26,356 bases of DNA from an uncultured archaeon (GTDB taxonomy: Archaea > Altiarchaeota > Altiarchaeia > IMC4 > SCGC-AAA252-I15): the NCBI GenBank assembly GCA_964587725.1, contig CAZPLO010000018.1, positions 1 through 26,356 on the forward strand, read 5' to 3'. The first letter of the stretch is position 1, and every line of letters starts with the position of its first letter. This document shows, piece after piece, positions 8,601-17,274 of this stretch. The notes beneath the pieces are model-generated. The model ran no database searches. It was not told the origin of the DNA and worked only from the letters and a program-made list of their open reading frames with translations. Made by a program: the position numbers and the translations under genes.

Positions 8601-9848
8601 ATGGACCCCATATACACGGCGTTGACGGTTACGGTGTGGTTTCTGTCAACATACTTCATAAGCGTCTTCCTGCTGCTTGTGCTGGAGAAACGCAGCCAAC
8701 TCAACACAGTCTCCGAGACGCCGGAGGACAAGCCGTACGTGAGCATTATAGTGCCGGCATACAACGAGGAAGAGGGTGTGCTGCCTGCGCTGGAGTCGCT
8801 CTGCAGAATGGACTATCCCCGGGACCGCTACGAGGTCCTCGTCATAAACGACGGCAGCTCGGACCGGACAGCCGACATAATACGGGGTTTCATCTCCCGC
8901 AACAAAGACGTGCGGTTCAACTTCATAGACCGCGTTGAAAACAGGGGGAAGGCCTATTCGCTGAACGAGGGCGTTTCACTCTCCAAGGGGGAGCTGGTGG
9001 GCACCATGGACGCGGACAGCATGGTGAAACCAGACATACTGTCGAAGACGGTGGGGCTGTTCGAAGACCCGAAAACCGCTGCCGTCACCGTTCGGGTGCA
9101 CGTCCACGAACCCCGGAACCTGCTGGAAAAAATAGTGGACGTCGAATACGTGGTCGGGCTGTCGCTGACCAACAAGATACTGTCGTTCATGAACGCAATG
9201 CACGTGACGCCCGGGCCCTTCAGCATCTACCGCAAGAGCGCGTTGGATGAGGTTGGAGGATTCGACGAAGACAACATCGTCGAAGACATGGAGATAGCGT
9301 TCCGCCTGCACAAGGCCGGCTACGGCATAGAAAACACATTGGAAACCGGCGTCTACACGATTGTGCCCCAGAGCCTCGGCGAACTCTACAAGCAGCGGAA
9401 GCGGTGGTATTCAGGCTCCATTCAGACGTGGATGCAGCACCGCGACGTCATACTCAACCGCAGGTTCGGCTGCTTCGGCATGTTCTTCATACCCATCAAC
9501 TGCCTCACCATCACCTTGGGGATGGTGATGGGATTGTATTCGTTCGGCCTGCTGGTGTCGGCCATATGGAAGCACATAAACTACCTTATTTTAACGAACT
9601 TCGAGGTGCTACCGATGACGATGTTCGATTTCGACCTGCTTAACATAAGCATCTTCCACTTCCTCATGCTGTCGTCGATGGCTGCGGTGGCGTTGATGAC
9701 CCGCACTTGTTTGAACGTGGTGGACCGCCGGCTGCGCAGCAACGTGAGGGCGTTCATAGGGTTCATATTCTTCTTCATCCTGTATCAGGTGTTCTGGGTG
9801 AGCTCCTTCTACAGCGTGTTCTTCGGCAGGGAAGTGAAATGGAGGTAA
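8601..9848 (+). CDS. Processive GT2 glycosyltransferase (IcaA/PgaC/cellulose-synthase-like)
   Basis: N-terminal TM, PAYNEE, NDGSSD, GKA, DADS, VED, QRKRW, C-terminal TM helices. GGTGA SD at 8590-8594. Confidence 0.9.
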   Translation: MDPIYTALTVTVWFLSTYFISVFLLLVLEKRSQLNTVSETPEDKPYVSIIVPAYNEEEGVLPALESLCRMDYPRDRYEVLVINDGSSDRTADIIRGFISRNKDVRFNFIDRVENRGKAYSLNEGVSLSKGELVGTMDADSMVKPDILSKTVGLFEDPKTAAVTVRVHVHEPRNLLEKIVDVEYVVGLSLTNKILSFMNAMHVTPGPFSIYRKSALDEVGGFDEDNIVEDMEIAFRLHKAGYGIENTLETGVYTIVPQSLGELYKQRKRWYSGSIQTWMQHRDVILNRRFGCFGMFFIPINCLTITLGMVMGLYSFGLLVSAIWKHINYLILTNFEVLPMTMFDFDLLNISIFHFLMLSSMAAVALMTRTCLNVVDRRLRSNVRAFIGFIFFFILYQVFWVSSFYSVFFGREVKWR

Positions 9849-10522
9849 GCCGCTGGATTTTCGCGAAGGCGCTGGTGATAACGCTGCTGGTGCTGCTGGT
9901 AATCTACTCCATCAACGTGTTTTTGAGCCAGCAGAGGGAGACCGCGCTGGAGTCGAGGATGGAGGAGACCATCGAGACCCTGGAGGAGATGGAGGCTCTG
10001 ACGCAGCTGATGCACATGTTCGGCGGCAACGCAACCTGCGTGGCGTTGAAGTCCCAGCTCCGCCTCCTCGACCAGCAGGTGTGGAAGCTCGGCGACAAGA
10101 TAGAGGCGTACCGGCAGCTGACGCAGGAGTACATGAGCGACCCCTACTACCTGAAGCAGAAGCGCCGGTTCAACCGCCAGGAGGTCCTGTATCTGTCGCT
10201 GATGAAGCAGGTGGAGGATAAGTGCGATCTCAATACAACCATCATACTCTACTTCTACACCAAAGGCGAGGAATGCCGGTACTGCGACGACCAGGCGTTC
10301 GTCCTCAACCACCTCAACCAGCGGATAGACGACGAACTCTCAATATTCGGGTTCGACACCAGCCTTGGCATACCTTCTGTGGACGTCCTCGTCCACGCAT
10401 ACAACATCACCTCGTACCCCTGCATCGTGGTGGAGGACGAAACCTACTGCAGCCTCCACAACATAGAGCAGATGGAGTCCCTCCTCTGCCAGCACTCGCC
10501 GGAACTGTCCATATGCACATAA
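9839..10522 (+). CDS. Membrane-anchored protein with helical stalk and thioredoxin-like CxxC domain
   Basis: ATG 9839 overlaps the GT2 stop. Single N-terminal TM, coiled-coil-like segment, LYFY...ECRYC, downstream YNITSYPCIVV resembling the thioredoxin cis-Pro strand; 8 Cys in total. Confidence 0.7.
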   Translation: MEVSRWIFAKALVITLLVLLVIYSINVFLSQQRETALESRMEETIETLEEMEALTQLMHMFGGNATCVALKSQLRLLDQQVWKLGDKIEAYRQLTQEYMSDPYYLKQKRRFNRQEVLYLSLMKQVEDKCDLNTTIILYFYTKGEECRYCDDQAFVLNHLNQRIDDELSIFGFDTSLGIPSVDVLVHAYNITSYPCIVVEDETYCSLHNIEQMESLLCQHSPELSICT

Positions 10523-10544
10523 TACCGTGTTCCATATTCATAAC

Positions 10545-11819
10545 ATGATAGACGCCATACTGTCTTTCACGTTCATAGTGTCCATATTCACGTTCACGCT
10601 GTGGACGACGCTGGCCCTGCTGCCCGGGAGGCGGATGAAGTCGCCGGGCCGCCCGTCACTGTCTGTTGTGGTACCAGCCCACGACGAAGAATCCGTTATA
10701 GAGTCGACTGTACAGAGCGTGTTGGACGCGGAATACCCGGGGGAGGTCGAGGCCGTCGTAGTCGACGACGGCAGCCGGGACAGGACGGGAGAGATGGTTG
10801 CTGCTATGGCGGCCTCCGATGAGAGAATAAAGCTGTTGGAGACGGACCACCTGGGCAAGGCGCTGGCGGTCAACCACGGCATAGAACACTCCACAGGCGA
10901 AGTCATCGTGTTATTGGACGCGGACTCCCAGCTGGCTGAGGACGCGCTGCTGAAGCTGTCAGCGCCGTTTTCAGACTCCCGCGTTGGCGCGGTCTCCGGC
11001 GTCATAAGGGTGGCGTTGAACCTCAACCCCCTCACATGGTTCCAGGACTTCGAATACATACTGAGTTCGATGTGGCGTTACATCTTCGACAAACTCGACT
11101 GCACCTACGTGCTGCCGGGGTTCGCCGCCTTCCGCCGCAAAGCATTGTATGACGTGGGATTGTTCGAAACAGACACATTGTCTGAAGACTTCGACATAGG
11201 ATTGAAGCTCCACAAGGCGGGATGGAAGGTTTTCATGTCCCCTGCAGTGATGTACACACACGCACCGCAGACGATTCCGGGTTTGGCCCGTCAGAGGATG
11301 AGGTGGGGTCGCGGCACCGTCCAGGTGATACGGAAGCACCGGGACATGCTATTGAACCCCGCATACGGATTCATCGGGCTCTACGGCCTGCCGAACCAGC
11401 TGTACTTTTTCATCCAGTCGTTCGTGATACTGCCGATAACGTTCTACCAGATAATCGGCGGCTACCTGACGTGGTTCGTGTCATACGGCAACATACTGTC
11501 CGTAGACGTTTTCAAATACTTTTTCGCGTCCTTCAGCATGTACGGTACGCTGGAGTTCACGTACAACACGCTGGCTGGCGTGTGGCCTGTTACGGCGACG
11601 TTCCCTTTGTTCGCGGTTTCGTACGTCATCAATGTCTTCTATAGCCTACTCGCTGTCGCCAAAATGGGCAAATTCACGCCCCGCGTGTTCCTGGTGCTGT
11701 TTTTCCTGTTCCCATACTACCTGCTCACACTGGTCTTCTTTATTTACCCCTTCCTCTATGAATTAAACCCCTTCAAGCAGGTTGGGGGGCACGTGAACAT
11801 CTGGGAGAAAAACCGTTGA
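10545..11819 (+). CDS. Second processive GT2 glycosyltransferase
   Basis: PAHDEE, DDGSRD, GKA, DADS, SED, QRMRW and several C-terminal TMs. ATG 10545 preferred over GTG 10527. Confidence 0.9.
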   Translation: MIDAILSFTFIVSIFTFTLWTTLALLPGRRMKSPGRPSLSVVVPAHDEESVIESTVQSVLDAEYPGEVEAVVVDDGSRDRTGEMVAAMAASDERIKLLETDHLGKALAVNHGIEHSTGEVIVLLDADSQLAEDALLKLSAPFSDSRVGAVSGVIRVALNLNPLTWFQDFEYILSSMWRYIFDKLDCTYVLPGFAAFRRKALYDVGLFETDTLSEDFDIGLKLHKAGWKVFMSPAVMYTHAPQTIPGLARQRMRWGRGTVQVIRKHRDMLLNPAYGFIGLYGLPNQLYFFIQSFVILPITFYQIIGGYLTWFVSYGNILSVDVFKYFFASFSMYGTLEFTYNTLAGVWPVTATFPLFAVSYVINVFYSLLAVAKMGKFTPRVFLVLFFLFPYYLLTLVFFIYPFLYELNPFKQVGGHVNIWEKNR

Positions 11820-11821
11820 AC

Positions 11822-13126
11822 ATGGCTTTCGAGAAACTACGGGGCGGCCTGCAGGACGCCATAAAAGGCCTGAGGAAGGCTGTTGTGGTCGACAAAAAGA
11901 CCGTCAAAAACTATTTGAAGGAGGTTCAGAAGAGCCTGCTGTCGGCGGACGTGAACGTCGAACTCGTGTTCAAGCTGTCCAAGACCGTTGAAGACCGCGG
12001 GCTGCTGGAAAAACCACCGGGCATCCTTTCACGGAAGGAGAACATCGTCCGCATAACCTACGAGGAGCTGGTGAAACTCCTTGGGGAAGGCGGGGAGTTG
12101 GAGTTGCAGGACGGCATGAAGGTTCTTCTGGTTGGCGTTCAGGGCTCCGGCAAGACCACAACCGCCGCTAAACTCGCCCGATACTATAAGAAGAAGGGGT
12201 TGAACCCACGTCTCATCTGCGCGGACACCTTCCGCCCCGCCGCCTATGACCAGCTGAAGCAGTTGGCTGCGGAAATACACGTACCATTCTACGGCGACAC
12301 CGGGGAAAAAGACACGCTGAAGATAATCCAGGACGGCATTAAAGAGTTCAGAGACCAGGGCCTCATCATCGTGGACAGCGAAGGCAGGCATAAGCTGGAC
12401 AAGGATTTGATGAAGCAGATAAACCGGGTAGACAAGGAGGTGAAGCCGGAGAAAACCCTCCTCGTCTTGGACGGCACCACCGGCCAGTCGGCGGGCGAAC
12501 AGGCGAAGGCATTCAACGACGCATGCAGCATCGACGGGCTGATTGTGTCGAAGTTGGACGGCGGCGCCAAAGGCGGTGGCGCCTTGGCGGCGTGCGCTGA
12601 AACCGAGAGCCCCGTGTATTTCATCGGCGTCGGCGAGCACATACAGGATTTGGAGGTGTTTGAGCCGCAGCGGTTCGTGTCCAAGCTCCTGGGGTTCGGA
12701 GACATCGAGGGGTTGTTGGAGAAGGCTAAGGAGGTGGACTTCGACGAGGAAGCAGCCAAGAGGATGATGTCCGGCAGGTTCACGCTAGACGATGTGTACC
12801 TGCAGATTGAGCAGATGCAGGGCATGGGCAGCATGGACAAATTGATGGAGATGCTGCCGTTCGGCGCCAAAATCCCGAAGGATTTGATGGACGTGCAGGA
12901 GGAGAAGCTCTCAACCTTCAAGGTAATCATGGACTCCATGACCACGGCCGAGAAGGAAGACCCCTCCATCGTCAAGCGGGAGCGCATCGACCGCATAGCG
13001 GCGGGCAGCGGCACCCAGCCAGCAGACGTCCGCGAACTACTCAACTACTACAAGCGCATGAAAAAAATGCTCAAAGGCGGAGGCGGCAAGAAAATGAAGC
13101 GCCTCATGAAACAAATGGGCATGTAA
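11822..13126 (+). CDS. srp54: Signal recognition particle 54 kDa protein (archaeal type)
   Basis: LLSADVNV, GVQGSGKTTT, DTFRPAA, SKLDG.AKGGGA, FIGVGE, M domain SMT..E...P....ERIDRIAAGSG, Met-rich tail. Confidence 0.95.
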   Translation: MAFEKLRGGLQDAIKGLRKAVVVDKKTVKNYLKEVQKSLLSADVNVELVFKLSKTVEDRGLLEKPPGILSRKENIVRITYEELVKLLGEGGELELQDGMKVLLVGVQGSGKTTTAAKLARYYKKKGLNPRLICADTFRPAAYDQLKQLAAEIHVPFYGDTGEKDTLKIIQDGIKEFRDQGLIIVDSEGRHKLDKDLMKQINRVDKEVKPEKTLLVLDGTTGQSAGEQAKAFNDACSIDGLIVSKLDGGAKGGGALAACAETESPVYFIGVGEHIQDLEVFEPQRFVSKLLGFGDIEGLLEKAKEVDFDEEAAKRMMSGRFTLDDVYLQIEQMQGMGSMDKLMEMLPFGAKIPKDLMDVQEEKLSTFKVIMDSMTTAEKEDPSIVKRERIDRIAAGSGTQPADVRELLNYYKRMKKMLKGGGGKKMKRLMKQMGM

Positions 13127-13153
13127 TTTTTTATATCTTTCCTACACTTTTGT
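13127..13153 (+). terminator. T-rich archaeal-type terminator region after srp54
   Basis: Several oligo-T runs directly after the TAA, between convergent genes. Confidence 0.5.
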
Positions 13154-13687
13154 TTATCTTTCGTGTAATTTCTTAAGGTTGGTGTAGACTTTCTTCAGGA
13201 ACACGGGGTCGGGGTTTTTCACCCCCATGGTGTCGACGAGGACGTAGTCTCCTCTTTTTTCGGCCGGTATTTTCTCCATTATCCTCTCGCCGACCACCTC
13301 CCCGGTCTCCTCAACGCTCCCGTCTTCAATGGCATTCACTACCCTTCCGTGGGGTTCATAGCTGAGGTGCAATCCAATGCCGTCCGCCTTCAGAGACTCG
13401 ACCCGTTCCCGCAGCTCCGCCATCTCAGTTGAATCAGGTATCAGGTATATGCGGTTGCTCAACGCCACCACCACATCCAGGTCCTTCGGGTTGGGGTGGA
13501 GCTCCCCGCGGGCGAAGCTCCCCGTCAGATAATACCTGGTTATGTACCGCCGTCTCTTGAAGTCCTCCAGCGTCCGCAGCGCATCCGACAGCGGCCCGGA
13601 AACCTTCTCCACGAGCTCTCGCTCCCAGCTCTCCAGCGCCGGCGGGAGCTCGCCCCTAGGGCGTTGCCTCCCCTTCTCCCGCATCAT
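13154..13687 (-). CDS. Pol-beta superfamily (minimal) nucleotidyltransferase domain protein
   Basis: YYLTGSFARG....KDLDVVV carries the GS...DxD signature. ATG 13687 is 1 nt after the methyltransferase stop. Confidence 0.72.
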   Translation of the reverse strand: MMREKGRQRPRGELPPALESWERELVEKVSGPLSDALRTLEDFKRRRYITRYYLTGSFARGELHPNPKDLDVVVALSNRIYLIPDSTEMAELRERVESLKADGIGLHLSYEPHGRVVNAIEDGSVEETGEVVGERIMEKIPAEKRGDYVLVDTMGVKNPDPVFLKKVYTNLKKLHER

Positions 13688-13688
13688 A

Positions 13689-14453
13689 TTATACCTTACG
13701 GGATACGGATAGAAATGTCTTCGCCAGTGTTTTTCCAAGCTTGCTGTCGTGCAGTCGGCGTTCCAAATCCGACCTCACCGCAGCGTCCTCCGGCCGATGA
13801 TGCCCCGGCGGCCTGACGTGGAAGTTATAGTAGTATAGTCGCTCTTGTATGAAGCCGTAACTCCGAATCTTCTCCCCGTAACCTGCAGCGTCCTCGAATT
13901 TCATCGTATGCCCGGTCTCCGACCCCACGTTGAAGCTGCCTGCATAACTTGAATCCACGCCCGCAGCCTCCAAAGCCTCCCTCACCCGCTCAACCCTGCC
14001 GCCGTCTTCCAACAGTTCCATGAACTCCCTGTTATACTGTGCGGCGATGAACACACCCCCGCCCCGAAGTACCCTGTGTACTCCACGGTAAACCCCCTCA
14101 TCCTCTCTGACGTATGGCAGCACACCCAGCATCATCACGTAGTCGAATGAATCGTCTTGGAATGGCAGTTGTTTCACGTCGCATCTGACGAAACCGCATT
14201 CCGGGTTCGCCGACGCCTCGCACAGCATCCCCTCGGAGTAGTCGGCGCAAACCACATCAAATCCGTCACTCAGCAGTTGTCTGCCGACGTAGGCTGTTCC
14301 GCATCCGGCGTCCAGCACCCTCCCAGACTGTCCCTCCATATATTCCAAAACCAGCTCGGCCCTGAACCGGTTCGCAGGGTACTTTCCATCTTCCCCGCCG
14401 TATGAGTGTGCTTCGTAGTCTCCGGCCACCCCGTCCCATAAACCGGCATCCAT
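13689..14453 (-). CDS. Class I SAM-dependent methyltransferase
   Basis: VLDAGCGTA (motif I), ADYSEGML, LPFQDDSFDYV, RVLRGGG. Confidence 0.88.
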   Translation of the reverse strand: MDAGLWDGVAGDYEAHSYGGEDGKYPANRFRAELVLEYMEGQSGRVLDAGCGTAYVGRQLLSDGFDVVCADYSEGMLCEASANPECGFVRCDVKQLPFQDDSFDYVMMLGVLPYVREDEGVYRGVHRVLRGGGVFIAAQYNREFMELLEDGGRVERVREALEAAGVDSSYAGSFNVGSETGHTMKFEDAAGYGEKIRSYGFIQERLYYYNFHVRPPGHHRPEDAAVRSDLERRLHDSKLGKTLAKTFLSVSRKV

Positions 14454-14505
14454 GGTCAATCATAACTTCCAGATACTTTTATTTGTGTCATGCGTAAAGT
14501 CCTTT

Positions 14506-15111
14506 GTGGAGAGGGAGGTTAAGGTGTGCTTTCCCTCCGACGAAGGGGGTGACACGGTATACCGGGGTGTTTGGGTGTCTCCAGCCCGGGGCCGGGACAC
14601 AGTCTACGACACGGTCGAATCCTTCAAAAAAGAGGACATAAGTTTGTTCAAGTCTAAGGTAGCCCACAGGATACCGTTGGTGGAGGTGGTGAACATCCAC
14701 AACTCCGAGGGCATAGCTAGCCTGGACCGCGTCCGCGAGATGCGCGGCAAGATACTGTCGGGTGAACACGTTCTTGAGGAGTCCGGCATACCTAATGTGA
14801 AGTTGGTTTGGACCGACTCCGGCCGGCTGCTTTTGTTCGACGGACACCACACGTTCCTCGCGTACATGATGGCTGGCAGGCGTTTCCTCCATGAAATACC
14901 GCACCTGATAGTCGAGTGCCCGGGCCTCCGCTACTGCACAGCCGGAGACATAAGTGCGTTCTACGGACAGCATGCGTCGCGTTCAGCGGGCAGGTGGCGT
15001 AAGTACGTCATAGACTGGGGTCTGCCGGGTGAACGGCAGCTGCGCATCCGCAGGGAAAAGAACATGGGCGAGCTCTTCACTCACTTGATTGAGAGGCGCG
15101 CCAGCAGATAA
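14506..15111 (+). CDS. Hypothetical protein with ParB/sulfiredoxin-like DGHH motif
   Basis: P.VKLV....RLLLFDGHHTFLAY resembles the ParB/Srx core. Start uncertain: GTG 14506 after TTTTATTT 14477-14484, or GTG 14524 after GGAGG; ATG 14452 overlaps the divergent gene. Confidence 0.6.
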   Translation: MEREVKVCFPSDEGGDTVYRGVWVSPARGRDTVYDTVESFKKEDISLFKSKVAHRIPLVEVVNIHNSEGIASLDRVREMRGKILSGEHVLEESGIPNVKLVWTDSGRLLLFDGHHTFLAYMMAGRRFLHEIPHLIVECPGLRYCTAGDISAFYGQHASRSAGRWRKYVIDWGLPGERQLRIRREKNMGELFTHLIERRASR

Positions 15112-17273
15112 ACCACGGTAGACTCCGCGCCCTGGTTCAAATTAATGGCTTCGTGGCCGAGTCCGTCGTGGCAGCCGCCGGTTTTTTCGTCGTAGATGAC
15201 CTGGTTGAGGTGGTTCCTGCCCAGGAACCAGTTGAATGCCTTCAACGCCTTGTTCCTGTAGCCCCTCCTCCTCGTCACCTTATATGCAAGCATGAGGGCC
15301 TGCACCATCGAAGACGCTTCAATCGGCTGCTGGTCGAAGTGTGCTCTCCGTCCTCCGAGGAGATACCATCCGTCATGGCCTATGGGCGTGAACATGCCCC
15401 CCTTGAAGGTTATGGACGCGAGGAAGTCCAGGGTGGAGAGCGCCACGTTCAAGTACTTCTTCCTCCTCGTGGCTAGGTGCGCGTACAGCAGCGCCTCGCA
15501 CAGTCTGCTGTTAGCGTACGTCACGTAGGGCTCGAACCACTTCCACTGGTCTGATGAGTTGTCGTTGTACCTTGACACGAGGCGGTCCGCCAGTTCGGTG
15601 ATGCGTTTCACGTTGCCGTCCGAGTACCGGACCTTGTTGTAGTAGTATAGTCCGATGATGGTGAACGCCTCCGTCCTAGGAGAAGTCATCCTCATGGCCG
15701 GGGCAATCCCCCGCCTGAACAGCTTCTGCGCGCGCAGCCGCAGCCGCTCAGGGATTTTTCCCTCGGCAGCCAAGCCGCCGAGAGCCCACATCCCGCGTCC
15801 GTGAGCGTCCTCGCTGAACTCCTTCATCACACGGCCGTTCCGGTCCACCAGGTTGTACATGCGTCCGCTGTCGTCCTGCACCCGCTCTATGAAGTCCACG
15901 TAGGTTTCAACCAGCTCCAGCGCATACGCGCGTCCGAATTTGCTGTAGTATCTCGCGGACGCGGTCAGCGCCCGGGCGTTGTCGTCCAACGTGTAGCCGG
16001 AGTCCTTGTCCGGCTTCGCGTGTTTCGCGAACTGTATTATCCCGTGGTCGTCCGTCAGGGTCATCAGGTGCTCCAGCTTAGGCTTGGGAAGCCGCTCCCC
16101 GCTCACCCCGCCGCCTATGTATTCGCGGAACACGTCCATGTAGGATATGGCGACGTTCGGCCACGTCATGTGCCTAGTGTAGGCGTATGCGTTGTATTCC
16201 ATCCGCTCCTTAAGCTTCTGGTCCGACAGTATCCTGATGATGGCTTCGGAAAACGACTTCGGGTTTCCGAACTCCGCCAGCAGCCCCCTCTCAGGGGTCA
16301 CTGCCTCGCGGGCGTGGAGGAACGGGGTGGAGACGACGGCGCGTCCGCATCCTAGGGCATAAGATAGTGTTCCGCTGACTATCTGGTTGGGGTTTTTGTT
16401 GCTGCACACGTATATGTCGCTGGCCTGCAGATACTTTATTATCTCCCCAACTTTCACGTACTTGTTGTAGAATTTCACGTTGTCTTCCAAACCCAGCTCC
16501 TCAACCAAATCCTCAAGGCTGTTGCGGTAGCCTTCGCCCTCCCGCCTCCGCACCACTGGGTGGGTTTCGCCGACGATGATGTAGACGACGTTGGGGAACT
16601 TCTCCAGCACCTCAGGCAGCGCATTAATCACGTACTCGTAGCCTTTGCCGGAGTTCATCATCCCGAAGGACGACAGTATTATGTTGCCCTTGTACCCGAG
16701 CCTCGCCTTTTCCATGCTGCTGTCGGTGAACTTCACCGGAGGTATTCCGTGCGGTATAACATGTATCCTCGACCCCTTCAGCCCGTAGTCGTTCCTCAGG
16801 ATGTTGACGGCGGTCTTGTTCATCACCACCAGTGCGGCGGAGCCGGCCGCAATCTCATTCACGGCTTTTTTGAGCTTCTCGTCGGGGCCCGGCAGTACGG
16901 TGTGGAATGTGGTGACCACCGGCTTGTTCAACGTCTCCAGGAACGGTAGCAGGTAGCTGCCGCATTCGCCGCCGTATATCCCGAACTCGTGCTGCACGTT
17001 CACGGCCTTTATCCTGTCTTCGCTGTTCACCTCCTTGGCGACGTCTATGTAGTCCTGTATGTCGGTCTCGTTTATCTGGTACAGGACGTTGTCTGGATAA
17101 TTGTAGATGTTGGTGGTGTCGTCGTTCAGCGCCGCTATCTTGGGTTTGGCGTTTGGTGAGAATCCCGCGGCCACGGCGTTGGTGAGGTCCTGGGTGAACG
17201 TGGCTATGCCGCATTCCCTGGGCGGGTAAGTGGACGTGAACAGAATCCACCTGGGTTTCCCTGCCTTCCTCAT
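15081..17273 (-). CDS. GT4 glycosyltransferase fused to a C-terminal (alpha/alpha)6 six-hairpin-glycosidase-like domain
   Basis: GT-B half: STYPPRECGIATFT, QHEFGIYGG, IPHG, KGYE, SGTLSYALG.G.AVVSTP. C-terminal half: GYTLDDNARA, SEDAHGR, WFE..VTYAN, FDQQPIEA, NQGAES. ATG 17273 follows the GH130 stop by 1 nt (17303 is the alternative). Confidence 0.85.
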   Translation of the reverse strand: MRKAGKPRWILFTSTYPPRECGIATFTQDLTNAVAAGFSPNAKPKIAALNDDTTNIYNYPDNVLYQINETDIQDYIDVAKEVNSEDRIKAVNVQHEFGIYGGECGSYLLPFLETLNKPVVTTFHTVLPGPDEKLKKAVNEIAAGSAALVVMNKTAVNILRNDYGLKGSRIHVIPHGIPPVKFTDSSMEKARLGYKGNIILSSFGMMNSGKGYEYVINALPEVLEKFPNVVYIIVGETHPVVRRREGEGYRNSLEDLVEELGLEDNVKFYNKYVKVGEIIKYLQASDIYVCSNKNPNQIVSGTLSYALGCGRAVVSTPFLHAREAVTPERGLLAEFGNPKSFSEAIIRILSDQKLKERMEYNAYAYTRHMTWPNVAISYMDVFREYIGGGVSGERLPKPKLEHLMTLTDDHGIIQFAKHAKPDKDSGYTLDDNARALTASARYYSKFGRAYALELVETYVDFIERVQDDSGRMYNLVDRNGRVMKEFSEDAHGRGMWALGGLAAEGKIPERLRLRAQKLFRRGIAPAMRMTSPRTEAFTIIGLYYYNKVRYSDGNVKRITELADRLVSRYNDNSSDQWKWFEPYVTYANSRLCEALLYAHLATRRKKYLNVALSTLDFLASITFKGGMFTPIGHDGWYLLGGRRAHFDQQPIEASSMVQALMLAYKVTRRRGYRNKALKAFNWFLGRNHLNQVIYDEKTGGCHDGLGHEAINLNQGAESTVVYLLARLSIK

Positions 17274-17274
17274 C

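Noticed and set aside
13154-15111. Toxin-antitoxin, CBASS or restriction-modification defence island
   Set aside because: No HEPN, effector or nuclease gene is recognisable, and the methyltransferase lacks DNA-MTase catalytic motifs (DPPY/NPPY or PC).
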